Source of the DNA: Antedon mediterranea
Lineage: Eukaryota > Animalia > Echinodermata
Direction: 5' to 3'
Assembly (NCBI RefSeq): GCF_964355755.1
Contig: NC_092671.1
Span: forward strand, 32,746,304 to 32,810,303
Length of the DNA: 64,000 nt
Shown here piece after piece: positions 26,145 to 39,300 of this stretch. A program made the position numbers and the translations under genes. The notes beneath the pieces are model-generated. The model saw nothing but the letters and a program-made list of their open reading frames with translations. It was not told where the DNA came from and searched no databases. How positions within the stretch are numbered: the stretch's first letter is position 1; every line of letters begins with the position of its first letter.

Positions 26145-27776
26145 CTGGGGCGGATCCAGAGGGGGGGTCCACGGGGTCCGGACCCCCCCTAAATTTTAAG
26201 GGTGCCCTTTTTTTAGAGGTTCAATATTTTATTCGTGTGACATATTTGTGTGTATATTAGTATGCACAGAGTAAGCTACACTAACCCCAAAAATAAAAAC
26301 AGAAATTTATCACAATGAGCGCGATGTTAAGTTACGGCGGCCGATCAAAGAGCATTGTGAGAGGTGGTGATGCGTGATGATCTCTACTTAAACTTCTAAA
26401 AATAGATCGTTTCGCATACTACAGAGGGCGCATGTAAACTTTTTACGATTCAACTCCGCGTACGTTACCATGCGCGCTCTGTCATTGACGCGATTATTTG
26501 TCCATTGGTAAACACATTTTTATGTATTATTATTCTGAAAATAATTGAACTGTAAACATAATTCTTTTGAGTATTTGTTTATTTACATATCATTCCATCA
26601 GATCAACTATTTTTTATTTCCATTACATCCAACCAAACATGTAAAAAATAGTAGTTAAAATATCGTACTATCTACCGCGTACGACCATACGCGGTAGATT
26701 GTTTACTCAAAAATCATCGAACACTACACTACACTACACTATACTATTCAACCTTGTTTTTGTAGTTGAGCCTCTCATGACCTGGGATTTGTTTGTCTTC
26801 CTACGCCAAGATAATATAGTTCTACAAGCCATGTGCTTTTTTCTCTGAGAAATATTTATTATAAGTGCCAAAAAAATGTTTTTTTCTCGATATGAAGCCT
26901 TTATTATTCAAATCTTTTAAAGAAAAATCACACATACCATAAAGAAGGTTCATTTATTTCATTTTTGAAACAATATTTGTGAAAATTACGTGAGGCTCAA
27001 CTACAAAACCACCATTTTGTGATATGATGTCATCGTAAGCCAATCAAAGCTGAGCTTTCCCGCGATCGGCGGCAGAGCTCACGGTTGAATGATTTTGGAA
27101 TCTGGCTATTTTGGATTGGTGGACACGAATCACCCACAGCGGAATGTTTTCTCTCGCGCGCGTGTACCAAGAAGTCACGTGATCTCTCTGTACTGAACAA
27201 CGGTACTCTACACAAATTTAGAGCAATGAATTTGTACGAATTCCGTTAAATAAACAACTCTATATATTTTATAAACATTTAATAACATATTTTATTGATA
27301 TTTCCAATGTTGATATATAAAAGAAATTACTATAAAACGTAATTATATGTAATTATTTTAGCGAAAAATGGCGCAATTTGTTTACAACGTTCGTGACTAA
27401 AAACGATCATTTTCGGCAATGTTTTAGACCCTATATTTCGAAAACTACAAGTCAGATTTTCGTAATTCTTTCTTTATTGGAATATTGAAACAAAATACCA
27501 ACAGATAATGTTTAAATTGGTTGAAAAATAACAACTTTTAATTTTGCATCGTTATCCCTGCTAATAAAGTGTCATTTCCGGCGAACTAGAAAGGTGCCAT
27601 TTATCATGGATTTTGCGTGCGAGAGTGCCATTTCCGGCCATCTAAGTGTGTCCTGTAACAAAATTCGCTTCGCCACAACCCCCACCATGGGGGGGCTGTG
27701 GCTCAAATACTCAATATCTGATGTGCCCTTTTTATCGCCGGACCCCCCCTCTCAAAAATGTCTGGATCCGCCCCAG
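26145..27776. mobile_element. Non-autonomous TIR element (hAT-like ends)
   Basis: TIR CTGGGGCGGATCCAGA / TCTGGATCCGCCCCAG with subterminal CCGGACCCCCCCT; flanking direct repeat TGTTT, TSD length ambiguous. Confidence 0.7.
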
Positions 27777-28710
27777 TGTTTAATAAAGGTTCAATATTAT
27801 ATACACCTACTCAAATATTTTACACATCTACGAAAGATTACCGAAATTTTATAATTTATGTTCAATAAAATCCCAGCCTTGTTGTTGTATGTAACGATTC
27901 TTCTAGCCTAATCAAACCTTGGGGGTGGGGGATGGCTGGACAACTACAGTATGCCTATCCACCAATTAACCCCAAGAAGCCTAGGCCTATGCAAACAATC
28001 CCCGATCCATAAGGACAGCAATTATTTTATATAAAATGTAACCACTCCTTATTATAGGAAGATTACAGTACCCGCTACACTTACCTCCAGTCTAGGGTAG
28101 CGAGCAACCACTCAATCAAACTGAAAGTAGGGCCTAGGCTAGGCCTAGGTGTTGTCCTTGACCTTGATATATAGGCCCTAGGAGTAATAATTGCCCGGGG
28201 CTAGTTTTGTCTGTGTGGGAAGCAGTGGCGGATCCAGGATTTTGAAATAGAGGGAGAAGGGCCTATAAATGGCAAATTAAAAAGTGCCAACTGGAAATAA
28301 TGTCTCTTGTCTTTATATTATAGGCTAGGCCTAGTCTTATCTTTTGTATTATAATTTGCAAAATTTAGGGAGGGCCCGGGCCGACTTGAATGGATAAGGA
28401 GGGGATGGGCGGGTTCGAAGGTGCGAATACCCTGTATCCAGCCACAGTTGATGGCAAATACGCCTAGTCTAGCCCATGAAAATTGTTCCCATTTTGTGTA
28501 AAAACAGCCCTGTCTTATTTCATATTATTTGTATTGATTATAGAAATTTCAAGTACAATAAGTTACCAGAAAATTGATTTTGGTAAGAATGTCATTTAAT
28601 TAAATGTTGTTATTATTTATTTGAACTTTCATATTTATTATCAACCAATATTATTTTATGTATCCTTTGATTTAATTATAGATCAATTATATACATTGTT
28701 CTTATAGATT

Positions 28711-29604
28711 ATGCCCGGACGAATAAGAAATATATTTAAAAGGAGTGGTAAAAAATGGTAAATATACTTTTTTACACATATAAAGGTATGAGAAAAACAT
28801 CTAAAATGAAATTAAAATAAAAAAAACAATCATTAATCTCGTATAGGAATTTCTAAATATTGGATGTTATTTACCAACAGGCACTCTCGTTTTAATACTT
28901 TCTTTAACAAGTATTTTCGATGTTGCTTCTGTTCCATAAAAAATGATGACGATACAACTACAGGCTACCAGGTTTGGGTCAAGATACCATCGCATATCCG
29001 TGTTATCATTTTAAAACTGATATACGGCATTGCTTTTGACCCAATCCAACGTGACTTCATTGGTTACAACCCAGACCCAACATTGGACATCTCAATCCGG
29101 CAATACGCCAGAGCTCTGGTCATCTTGGACAACAGCTGTCTGAACATCTCCAATGCAAATTCAGAAGCCAATCACATTGCCTCACTAAACATCATTAGAA
29201 AGTGTTTCAACATGGACGCAATCAACTCGGTTCCATCACTCATTCAACCACTTGTTGTTGAAGGTCAGTTTGCCAACTCTGTGGTAAAGAATGTTGGTTC
29301 AGTCCATGCAAGAGCTGTCATGAAAACACATTGTGCGATTGAAACCCATCTGTAGATATAGCAGAGGGAGTTAGAATAATGCAAGCGCATGGAATCATCC
29401 ATAATGATCTAGCTACTAGGAACGTTCTTGTCCACCATAATGGACATTCATAGTCTTGGAATAATGTTCGTCGTCATGGGTGCTATTTTAGATATGAAAC
29501 CTCTTCTTGAAATAGGCAAGCAGTGCACTTATCGTGATCCAGACCGCCGCCCTGCCATCAATGGTATAGTTGACATGTTGACAAACAAGATCAACACTTT
29601 GTAA
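28711..29604 (+). pseudogene. Decayed protein kinase gene (tyrosine-kinase-like catalytic loop)
   Basis: Exon 28711-28757 splices in phase to 28881; ORF ends with EGQFA...AVMK (subdomain I/II-like). Shifted frames then give VDIAEGVRIMQAHGIIHNDLATRNVLV (~29352-29432), SLGIMF (~29452) and QCTYRDPDRRPAI (29521). AATAAA at 29642. Confidence 0.7.
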
Positions 29605-29865
29605 TTCACTCAGCTGCCCCATAAAGAAATTTCAGTATTTTAATAAAATGCAAAAATCTAATAATAATTTTCAATTCTTCAACAATAATTTTTACGAAAT
29701 ATCACTTTTAAATTAATTATTTTTCTACAAATCATTCAAATGTATAATATTTTTAGAAATTGGTTAAGCAAATATATATATTATTTTTATAACTACTAAT
29801 TATATGAATTAATATGGTGATTTTTTGTTGATCTCTGATCAATGATATAATCTTTATCATGATCA

Positions 29866-30060
29866 TACGGCTTTACCACACGTTGAAACACCGGTTCTCG
29901 TCATATCAGCTTGGATGGGAGACCATCTGGGAATCGGCTGCTGTATTTGGAACTGGGGTCCCCTTATGGCAGCCCCTGCATCTAGTACAGTGCCTCAGAC
30001 ATATTGACCCATGCCTTTCCTCTGGTCAAGGTGGGCAATGAACGAGAGAAGCACTTGATA
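29866..30060 (+). mobile_element. 5S rRNA-derived SINE, internally deleted copy
   Basis: TACGGCTTTACCACACGTTGAAACACCGGTTCTCGTC...CTTGGATGGGAGACC..TGGGAAT, then TGGCAGCCCCTGCATCTAGTA..TGCCTCAGAC body as in 21215-21467. Confidence 0.75.
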
Positions 30061-30939
30061 TCAATGTTAGGACCAATCAAACAGTCCTGGCTTTGTTTGT
30101 ATCAAACCTGATAGTGGCGGTAATTATCGCTGTTGGTTTCGATTGAATACAAATAAAAATCTTACTTTTACATTGAAAAAAGAAAATGGTTAAACAAAAT
30201 AAATAAAAATGTATATTATTCTAAATATGTACTGATGGAAAACCAAACGTGAGCGTTATTATCTAATAATCTTAAACCCTTTTTCAGAATGACGAATTTT
30301 ATTTAAGATGAAAACAATTCTATCCTAATGTTATCAACATCAATATCAAGAAAATAGTTTGTGAGGTAATTTCCCGCATGTTGATGATTTAAGTTTTTTT
30401 TAATATATTGACATAACAAACCGTGTTCATTTAACAGATCATTAATATAAACAATAACACAGTCTATCCAATGTTTAAGGTAGAGTGTAGCATTGTTATT
30501 ATTTCGATTTAAAAATCTATTTCCCCAAATAATTTCTTTTTTAATATCAAATGAAGATTTTGGAGACTGGGCATTTTTAGCACATAAACATAAGGCAAGA
30601 ACAATTTGTTGGTAAAATAATGGAATAGACCTAAGTTAGGAATATTCTTAATATTATCAATGTTCATTTTTAAGATTAATTTATTAGGTCCAAACTTATC
30701 AAGAAAGGATGTTGCAAGCTGTATCCATGTTGCAGACCCTGACAAAATTCTTGTAAAGTTACTACGCTTCAGATGTATGCATGAATGGGGATGAAATTGA
30801 TGTGTACCACATGACATTGTTCGAGGTTCATATTAAATTAAATAAATAACTAACATTTTGAAAGCAACTTCTATCTTCAAGATACCTTAAAAAAAAAGAA
30901 AACAAGGATGTTTGAATTTTGTTCTGCTTAATGTATTCA

Positions 30940-33005
30940 ATTAATTAGCGGTGGTATTTATATACAGTGGAAGAAAGTATCATATTAACTAAAAAAATAT
31001 TTAAAACATTTTTTTTCCAATCACTTTTAAACATTCATGTTTAATATATTGTGTTGCGGTGGTATAATATTAAGTTTGTATAGTTGAAGAAAGTATTATT
31101 ATTATATATCAAAAATATACTAGCAACTTTACAGGCAAAGCATTTTTTTCAATAACTTCAATAAGTTCATTAACATACTTATCATAATCAATAAAATATA
31201 TTGTGTTGCCGTGGTATATTAAGTTTTTGTTAAATAAGTTCATTTGGATCTGATAATATAATGTGATAAAAAGTTACTTCTATAATTATGATCCAATGTA
31301 ATGTCAAGTTTGTAAGATGATAGCGAGAATGAAGTTAAAATCATAAGAACTGCTCTATCTGCATGCGAATATCCCAAGTGATGTGTTAACAAAATTTAAA
31401 AAAACAAAAAACAGAACGACAAAGCAGAAAAGAATGAAAACATAGAAAGACAAAAAGGAAGTATTGGAATTCCATATATCCCAAATATGTCGGAAAGAAT
31501 AGGAAGATGCCTAAAAGAACATAACATTAACACATACTTTATTCCTGAAAACAAGTTAAGAAACCAGTTAGTACACCCAAAAGACAAAATTAAAAAAGAA
31601 GACACTTGTGGTGTTGTATAGCAAGTGAACTGTCATAACTGCGATAGTATGTATGTTGGAGAAACAGGACGAGCGCTGAAGATCAGGATCAAAGAACATA
31701 AAACCGAAGTTGTAGAACGCAAAGGTGTTCAACCAGATCAAGCAGAAAGTCGGCGTCAGAAAAGGCTATCACGGATCATATGGCGACTCTTGGTCACACA
31801 CACAATTGGAACAACATCAAAGTCTTAGCAAAAGAAACTGAATGGAACACAAGAAAAATAAAAGAAGCGATACATATAAGATTAAACCCTAATAATATGA
31901 ATAGAGATGAAGGAGCATAGGAACTATCGCACATTTACGATAACATTCTAAAACGTAAAGAGACCGACACCCGCACATCCCGCTGTCATTCAATTGTTTT
32001 TTAGTTTTATTTACTATATATAAGTTTTTTTTTTTTTCTGTCAGACATTTTGTAAGTAGGCCCTAATGTGTATTTACTACTGACCTATTGCTTCGATATA
32101 TTGATTTGCTCATTATACTATTGTTTTAAGTATCTATTCAAGTGTGCAATTACTACTGTACATTTGTTTTTTGTTTTGTTATGTTTTTTTTTTTTTTTTT
32201 GGGGGGGGGGGGGGGTTTCAATGTAAGTTAATTATGTAAGTTTTATCATCATTTACCTTTTATATGTTGTTGTTTATATTTGTATGGACGCACCACCGAA
32301 AGGTGTGTGCCACTGATTCTAAAGTGAGTACCAATAAATACTGAAATACTGAAACACCAAGCGGTAAACTTCACAATGGCTCCTTTCAACCGTGTCACCG
32401 TAACGTCACCAGAACGTATTCACTTATGATAATATGCCTTGCTGTTAGTAGGCGAAACGTCAAGTTCTCTGGAAATGTAAGTACCGATATCATCTTACAA
32501 ACTTGACATTATATTGGATCATATAGAAGTAACTTTTTATCATATTAAGTTTTTATAGTTAAAGAAAATAATAATTATATTATATCAAAAATATACAAGC
32601 AACTTTACAGGCAAAGCATTTTTTTCAATAACTTAATAAGTTATAAACAGCCATAATCAAATATATTTTGTTGCGATGGTACATTAAGATTTTATAGTTG
32701 AGGAAAGTATACTATCTAGTATCAAAAGTATGCCAACAACTTTACAAGAAAAATATTTTTTTCTAATCACTTATAAACAGTCATATTTAATAAAAATATA
32801 TTGTGTTTCAGTGGTAAATTAAGTTTTTATAGTTGAAGAAAGTATTATATTATCCGTATAAAACATATACTAGCAACTTTATAAACAGCCATAATCAATA
32901 AAATACTGTATATTGTGTTGCGATGGTAAATTAAGATTTCATACTTGAATAGAAAGTATTATTTTATATTAACTATAAACAATATACTTGCAACTTTTCA
33001 ATCAC
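30940..33005. repeat. Degenerate AT-rich tandem repeat interrupted by the Penelope element
   Basis: Recurring TATTGTGTTGCGGTGGTA...AGTTGAAGAAAGTATTAT...AGCAACTTTACAGGCAAAGC units on both sides of 31265-32541. Confidence 0.65.
31265..32541 (+). mobile_element. 5'-truncated Penelope-like retroelement (GIY-YIG endonuclease remnant)
   Basis: IGIPYIPNMSERIGR..LVHPKDKIKKEDTCGVV*QVNCHNCDSMYVGETGRALKIRIKEH..RKIKEAIHI..MNRDEG with stops and a frameshift; ~55-bp inverted repeat at 31265-31322 / 32487-32541. Confidence 0.85.
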
Positions 33006-33345
33006 TTCAGCGAAAATGTATTGCGTATCATCAACATTAACAAAACATTGGTGGGTGAATCATATAAAGGTAGAACTTCATTTGCATATTCAAATTGAGC
33101 ATATTTTTAAAATGTTACAAAATAGCATATTATTATAGTAGTTTGTTTTACATGTAGTACTGTACATAATTATTTATTTTTTTAAATTTTTCTTAACAAT
33201 CAACTTTGTTGAGGTTAACAAAAGTTCTATGAAAGTACTGTACAAGGTGGATTGATTGTTCTACTTGCTATGTCATCGAATAGACCACTCAATTTTTCAA
33301 TCCATAAATTGCTCTTGAATTTGAAAGTGAGCTTTGATTTGAATG

Positions 33346-36300
33346 TTAGAATGTTGCTGATCTAGTAGGCTCTTCCTCAGCCACACTAAGAACTGTTTCC
33401 AACATAGCTGGTGACTGGACGGAGGCTGGTTGAGATGGAGCAATGTCTGGAGCTGGTTTGATGAAGCTAGACCACGTTGGGCCATGCTCTTCAAAGTTAC
33501 GGCGAATATCAAATAGATTTATAACAGACATGCGCTGATGCTGACGTTAAGGTTGATATTTTATTGACACTTGAAGAATATCCAGCATGTACAGAAGTAC
33601 TAGGCCAGCATTGTATTTGTGCACCATACTAAAAATGATATGAACATGTATACTACCCTGTTTGTAGAGTATGTACACTTAGCCTAATAGTAACAATTTA
33701 ATGTAGTAAAACTAGATGAATGCTCAAGAATAAAACAATTATACTGATTGCAATACTCATAAAAGGATACATTATTAGGAGGAAGTGGCGGCAGCTGAAA
33801 CATTGACGGTGGTTGTGTAAGTCGTAAACGTCCAGACGAACCTGCCAAATGAAAATAGTAAAAAAAACAGAAAAAATCTGATTAATAACAAAATATTATT
33901 GCATGTATAAACAGTTTCTTGAAACCTATGTTAACAAGCCTATAGCTAGGATTTTTACAGAGGGGTTTATTTGACTACGCTGCAGGTGGCTAGGCTGCTT
34001 AAGCACAAATTTAAAGCAACTTTACTGTATTGATTCAAAGGTGATAAACTGGATAAAAAATGTATGAATACGGCTACTGATTTCAATAAAAACACAAAAA
34101 AAACGTTTCAAAATAAATAAATATGGAAGGGGATCGGCTCAAAAGTTTAGAAGCTGCGTAAAGTCTGTTTTTCTCAATGAATTTTAAATTCTAGGAAATA
34201 ATTTATCAACTTGAACTACTAGATGTTTACCTGAGGGATGAAAGTATGAGTGTGCTCTAGGATTATATAAATGTGCCGTTTTTGTTGGCATGAAGACAGC
34301 GGGTAAACACACATCTGAAACAAATTGGGACAACACATAAAATTGTTACGATATAATATGAGAAATATTTATTGCAATCTAAAATAAAGAATTCAGGTGA
34401 AGTTTAATATAAGGCACATATATAATATTATACAGATATTGCCTGCTTAGAGGTAAAATATAAGATTTGACATCCCAGAGGGAATGATATTTTGCTGTCG
34501 GGAATATATTTCCCGAAGCGCTCCTGATTCCTTTCCAATAAAATATTCACTTACAGTAGGCCTAGGTGTTTAACATGAGGCAAAACTCTCCCTTAGCAGA
34601 AATGGTCCACAGGTCTGTCAAGAGTATCAGCCCATAAAACACACAATTGTAATTTGATTATATTAACTGCCCATCAAATACAACCCAAGGGTACTATTAG
34701 GTCACCTGGACAGCTCATGAAAATTCCTACATGGTTTTCAGCATGGAGCTTTACTCCATGTTTTCAGCAATTTCTGTAGTGAAGTGTCTGTCACACTCCA
34801 GCTGGCCTTTCATGTGTGTCAAGATAAACAATCAGAACTCATAAATTGTTTAAAACAGACCAAGATTTATTACCCGGATTTTTTCAAAAACCCAGGTGAA
34901 ATGGACTGATTCTGCTAAGGGAGAGAAATGCCTAATGTTAACAGAAGAATATTGATCAATAAGCCTACATTAATAATAATAATAATATTATTATCAGGTA
35001 GGCCGAATAAATAATAATTCATTTTCTTCGAGCCGAATTACTGGATGTTCAGCGCGCCGCGCATAGCAGGTTACTACTGTGAGTATTGACCAATCACAAA
35101 CAGCCATGTCGCAAGACGTTCAGTGTTTGTGATGATATTATGAGGCAACATGGTCGAGTTACAGAAAGAACACTATGGATGGCATGGTAGTAAGACTCAA
35201 AGATGGTTGGTTCCCAATAGGACGAATTTGATCCAACTCGGCCCTAAACCATCTCGTCCAAAGTCAAGTCGGTCCCTAGTCAAGTCGGCCCCAAGTTAAG
35301 TCGGCCCCCATCAACTCGGCCCCATGTCAATTTGGCCTGTCAACTCGGCCTCAAGTCCATACTTTAATGGGGCCGATTTGACCGATTAGTATTTGGCCGA
35401 GTTGACGTGAGACTGAGTTGACGTGAGGCCGAGATGACGTGAGGCCGAGTTGACTTGAGGCCAACTTGATGTGGGGCCGACTTGACTTTGGCCGAGACGG
35501 TTTAGAACCGAGTTGACCTGCACCCAATAAAACATAAGGTAAGATCATACGCCTATGCAAGTAATTCAACCATTTACAATTAAGGGATGGCCTCCATGTG
35601 TGCATTCCATTGTGAAACCAATGTAACTTGATGCAATAAAGGCTTTGATAGTACTGCGTACATTCTATCTGAAACCACCTTTGTGGAAATGCTTCATTAC
35701 CTTTGCCAAGGTCAGCTGCCCGGGTCACAGGTGCACTTAATCTATACTGACCAGCTAACTGTCGCTCTATCACCTGGCTAACTTCTTCCTTGACACGCTC
35801 CACTAATTCGTGTTGCCGTCGAATGCTCTCCTCATTAAAGAGTTTAAGTCTCTCGAAAAACTAACAAACAAAACACAGAAAATTATGATAAAAAGTTTTT
35901 GCTACTCTAAAACAATTACAGTTTATGGCACTCTACTTTCAGATAGCAGTCATATATTTTATATTTCTAACAATAGATGACCTAAAAAGTTTTGTTGCCT
36001 TAAGCCACACAGATTAAAATGAAAAAATTTAGGGTAATTCCTTACTACATACCAGTAAATATTAGAAATAGAAATATTAAAAAAATAAAGCTATATCATA
36101 ATTAAACATATTATATTGTGCTCATAAACTTTTTGTATTTTTTTGTTAGTGGTCTAACACCATGATTCTTTCCCTCGAGAGGTTGCTGGTTCAAATCTAA
36201 TCGTTTTCTTGGATACAAATTTGAATATACAATTTTGCGCAACTTGGAACGCGACACAAGGCCACTGTAAGCAATGGATTATTTTTTTAATAATAATAAT

Positions 36301-39300
36301 AATAATGCGCTGCTCTCACAGCATTTATTAGGTCCAATAAAACATATCGGAAATTCGTTTTTTGTACACTATTTAAAAAGAAAGAATAAATATATCTGAA
36401 CTTCATTTGTCGTTGTGTTACGTCCAAGTTAAAACCAAGCTTTAGTTAACTTACGTCTTTTGGAAGATCACTACCCCATTTTGGAAGGTTTGCTAATTTC
36501 TTGTTCTTGGGTTGTGTAGGCTTTCGTGTTGCATTAGCCACCGACAATTTTCGGTCATCTGTCCATCCATGCAGAGGTGACCCAAACCGGCCTACAAAAG
36601 AAGAAACAAACCAATGTATGGAAGATCTACTATAGGAGATACAAGGTTTTCAAATAACACTGGACACAAGTTTATTCAAGAATTCTAGGCATATTGGAAG
36701 TTGGACTTGAGATTGTGGGATCAAATCAAACGCTTGTTGCATAGCTTGTATCCTTGGGCAAGAAACTTTACTTGCGTTTGCCTCTCTCCAGGTGTACAAA
36801 CGGGTACCTGGTTGGGTCAAGACACAACTTTGCGCTGATTACTAGCTGCATTATGGGATTATGTTCCCATACGTGTTTGATTAAAAAATGACCGGGGTAA
36901 TAATATTTACAGTGCTTAGAGGTTTCACAACATTAGGCGCTTTGTAAATCTAGGATATTATAATTATTATTAAAAAAAACAACAAATCAAATCCAATATA
37001 ATCTATAAACTATTATTGATATTACAAAGGATTTTCCTTGATCATCTAATATTTAAATTTGAATGTATTTGTTATCATACTATCACCAGGATTCAAAAGT
37101 GCATTCAGCTGATCATTTTGTAACTTCTCAACACTTCTAGCAAGGCCCTTTATACGTGTCCTAAAATGTAAAAAAAAAACCTACAATGTTATTATCAGAA
37201 TATTTAGAAACTCGCGATTATTGAAAGTTTGGAATCAGTTTTGTTACTTACTCAAAGTCTTCTTGCATAACTATAATCTCTTGGTTGTGTTGTTCTATTA
37301 GCATATCAAATTCTGCTCTGGTTACCATTTCCTGATAAATAGTAAATCAATCAAATGTTATTAAAAATTCAAAAAGCCATGGAGTAAAAAGTGATAACAT
37401 TTCAGTTCGTTGTGAAGGGGTTAATATGTGAGTGGAAATACGAAGAAAAGATTCAAGTAAACATACCGGTTTATCAGACTCTGAAGATCGCAAAGACAGT
37501 GCGGATAGACACCTATCACGGTAGTCCTTGTTCCACGGCAAGCTTTCCTTCTTCGTCACTCGCAAATCAATGTCGGTGAGATCCAGTACAATATCATTAA
37601 TTGACTCAGATGCTGTGTAAAATAAATAGTTACATTCATATTTATTCTACTAACAAACAATGAATAAATAAAAAGAAATAAAAGAAAACAAAATAAAAGA
37701 ATTGAAATATAAACAAAATTGGTTTAAAAAAAATGGCATAAAAAGATAAAAAGATTAATAAAGACAAAATTAAATTTTAAAGGAAAAAATGATCAGTGTA
37801 ATTTTGTATTTATGTAAGGTTAATGAAGATTGCTTGTTTTGACTCTATGAACTACCATTGTGAAGAAAAATAGACTGAATAGTATAACATTAAAAACATC
37901 TGCTTTGAAGAGAGGTGAAGATATTTATTATCTATAATACATTTATATACCTGTTTGCTTATCAAACGTGAAAGGTTTGTGGACACACGTATAAAAGAAT
38001 GTTAATCGCACGGTACCACACGGCGTCTGCACCCTGCGCCGCTCCTTTGCACTGGCTTTGACAGGATACACTGGGAAGTTGGCTGGAAGTTGATCCGCAG
38101 TCTCCTCAATTGAGCCTTTTAATTGTACCTCCTATCAAAATAATTATGTAAACTAGAGATTAGTCAAACACCCACCCTTTTGGTTTGTGTTAATTATTGT
38201 AGAACGCAACACAAAAGAAAATATTATATTTATACCCAATTCACATATGCAGCACAAACGTAACAAAAATCAAAGATAAATCAACAGGCAAGCTATCGAC
38301 ATTAACCCTTCCTCAGTTACGATAAGATAGTTTGAATTACAGTAATTTGTTCAAAGGTTGGCGAATAAACACTAGTAAAGTTAGGTTTGCGGTACACCAT
38401 GTGTTTTCTTCAGGAAATGAAATACAATTGAGAATGTCTCAACATTTCAGTTATACTACAGTACAACCTCATTCTCCAGAAGATGGTCAACCACAAACCT
38501 TAGCTGCCTGGTCAACCACAAACCTTAGCTGCCTGGTCACTATATTATCTTAATGGCAATATAAACCTTTTTTTTTCCTGATATTTTACTTTCTTTACAT
38601 TCTTACCAGTGTTTGTAAATCTGCTGAATCTATCGTTGCCATGCCAAGCATTTCTTCCAAACTACCATGAAGAATCGCTAATTTGATTTGATCTTCAACA
38701 CGGGACTTTTTCCTTTTTCTCGGAGCATCACCACTTCCACTTTGTTCGTCTTGTTTCTTCAACATGCTTGTCAGTTTAATTTCCTCTTCATTTCTCTCCG
38801 AAGCTGCATCAAGAGATGGGTTTTCAACACTTGGTTTTTCATTAAGTTTAAAAACAAGATGCTGAAAACTGCCAATATGAAATAGAAATGAAAAAATTAG
38901 AAATAAGTTTTAAGCAATGCTTATGTTTGTGTGTGTATGTATATGGTGTACACCGAGGACCTCCATGTAAATACATACCTTCTAACCGAGGACGTGCCTT
39001 CAACCGGGGACGTCCTCAATTGTTTGTGTGGGTGTGTGTGGGGGTGTGTGTGTGCGCGTGTCTGTGAACAGCCTGGAGGCCACAGTTTTTATCCGATTCT
39101 CACCAAATTTGGCCACAATGATCTATACCCCAAAAGCTCGAACGAGTTCGAATTTGAGGGGAAAAGGTCAAGGTCACAACTAACAAAATACTATTTTACA
39201 GCCTAGAGACCACAGTTTTTATCCGATTCTCATCAAACTTAGCCACAATGATCAATGACTCATCATATAATTTTGGTTAAATTTTGAAGGGCCAGGGTCA

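Noticed and set aside
29866-29950. Functional 5S rRNA gene
   Set aside because: Internal deletion, divergence and fusion to a repeat body; treated as a SINE head.
35351-35700. C-terminal part of the 150-aa ORF 35351-35803
   Set aside because: The real exon ends at the donor at 35701; the rest is intron read-through into a fold-back repeat.
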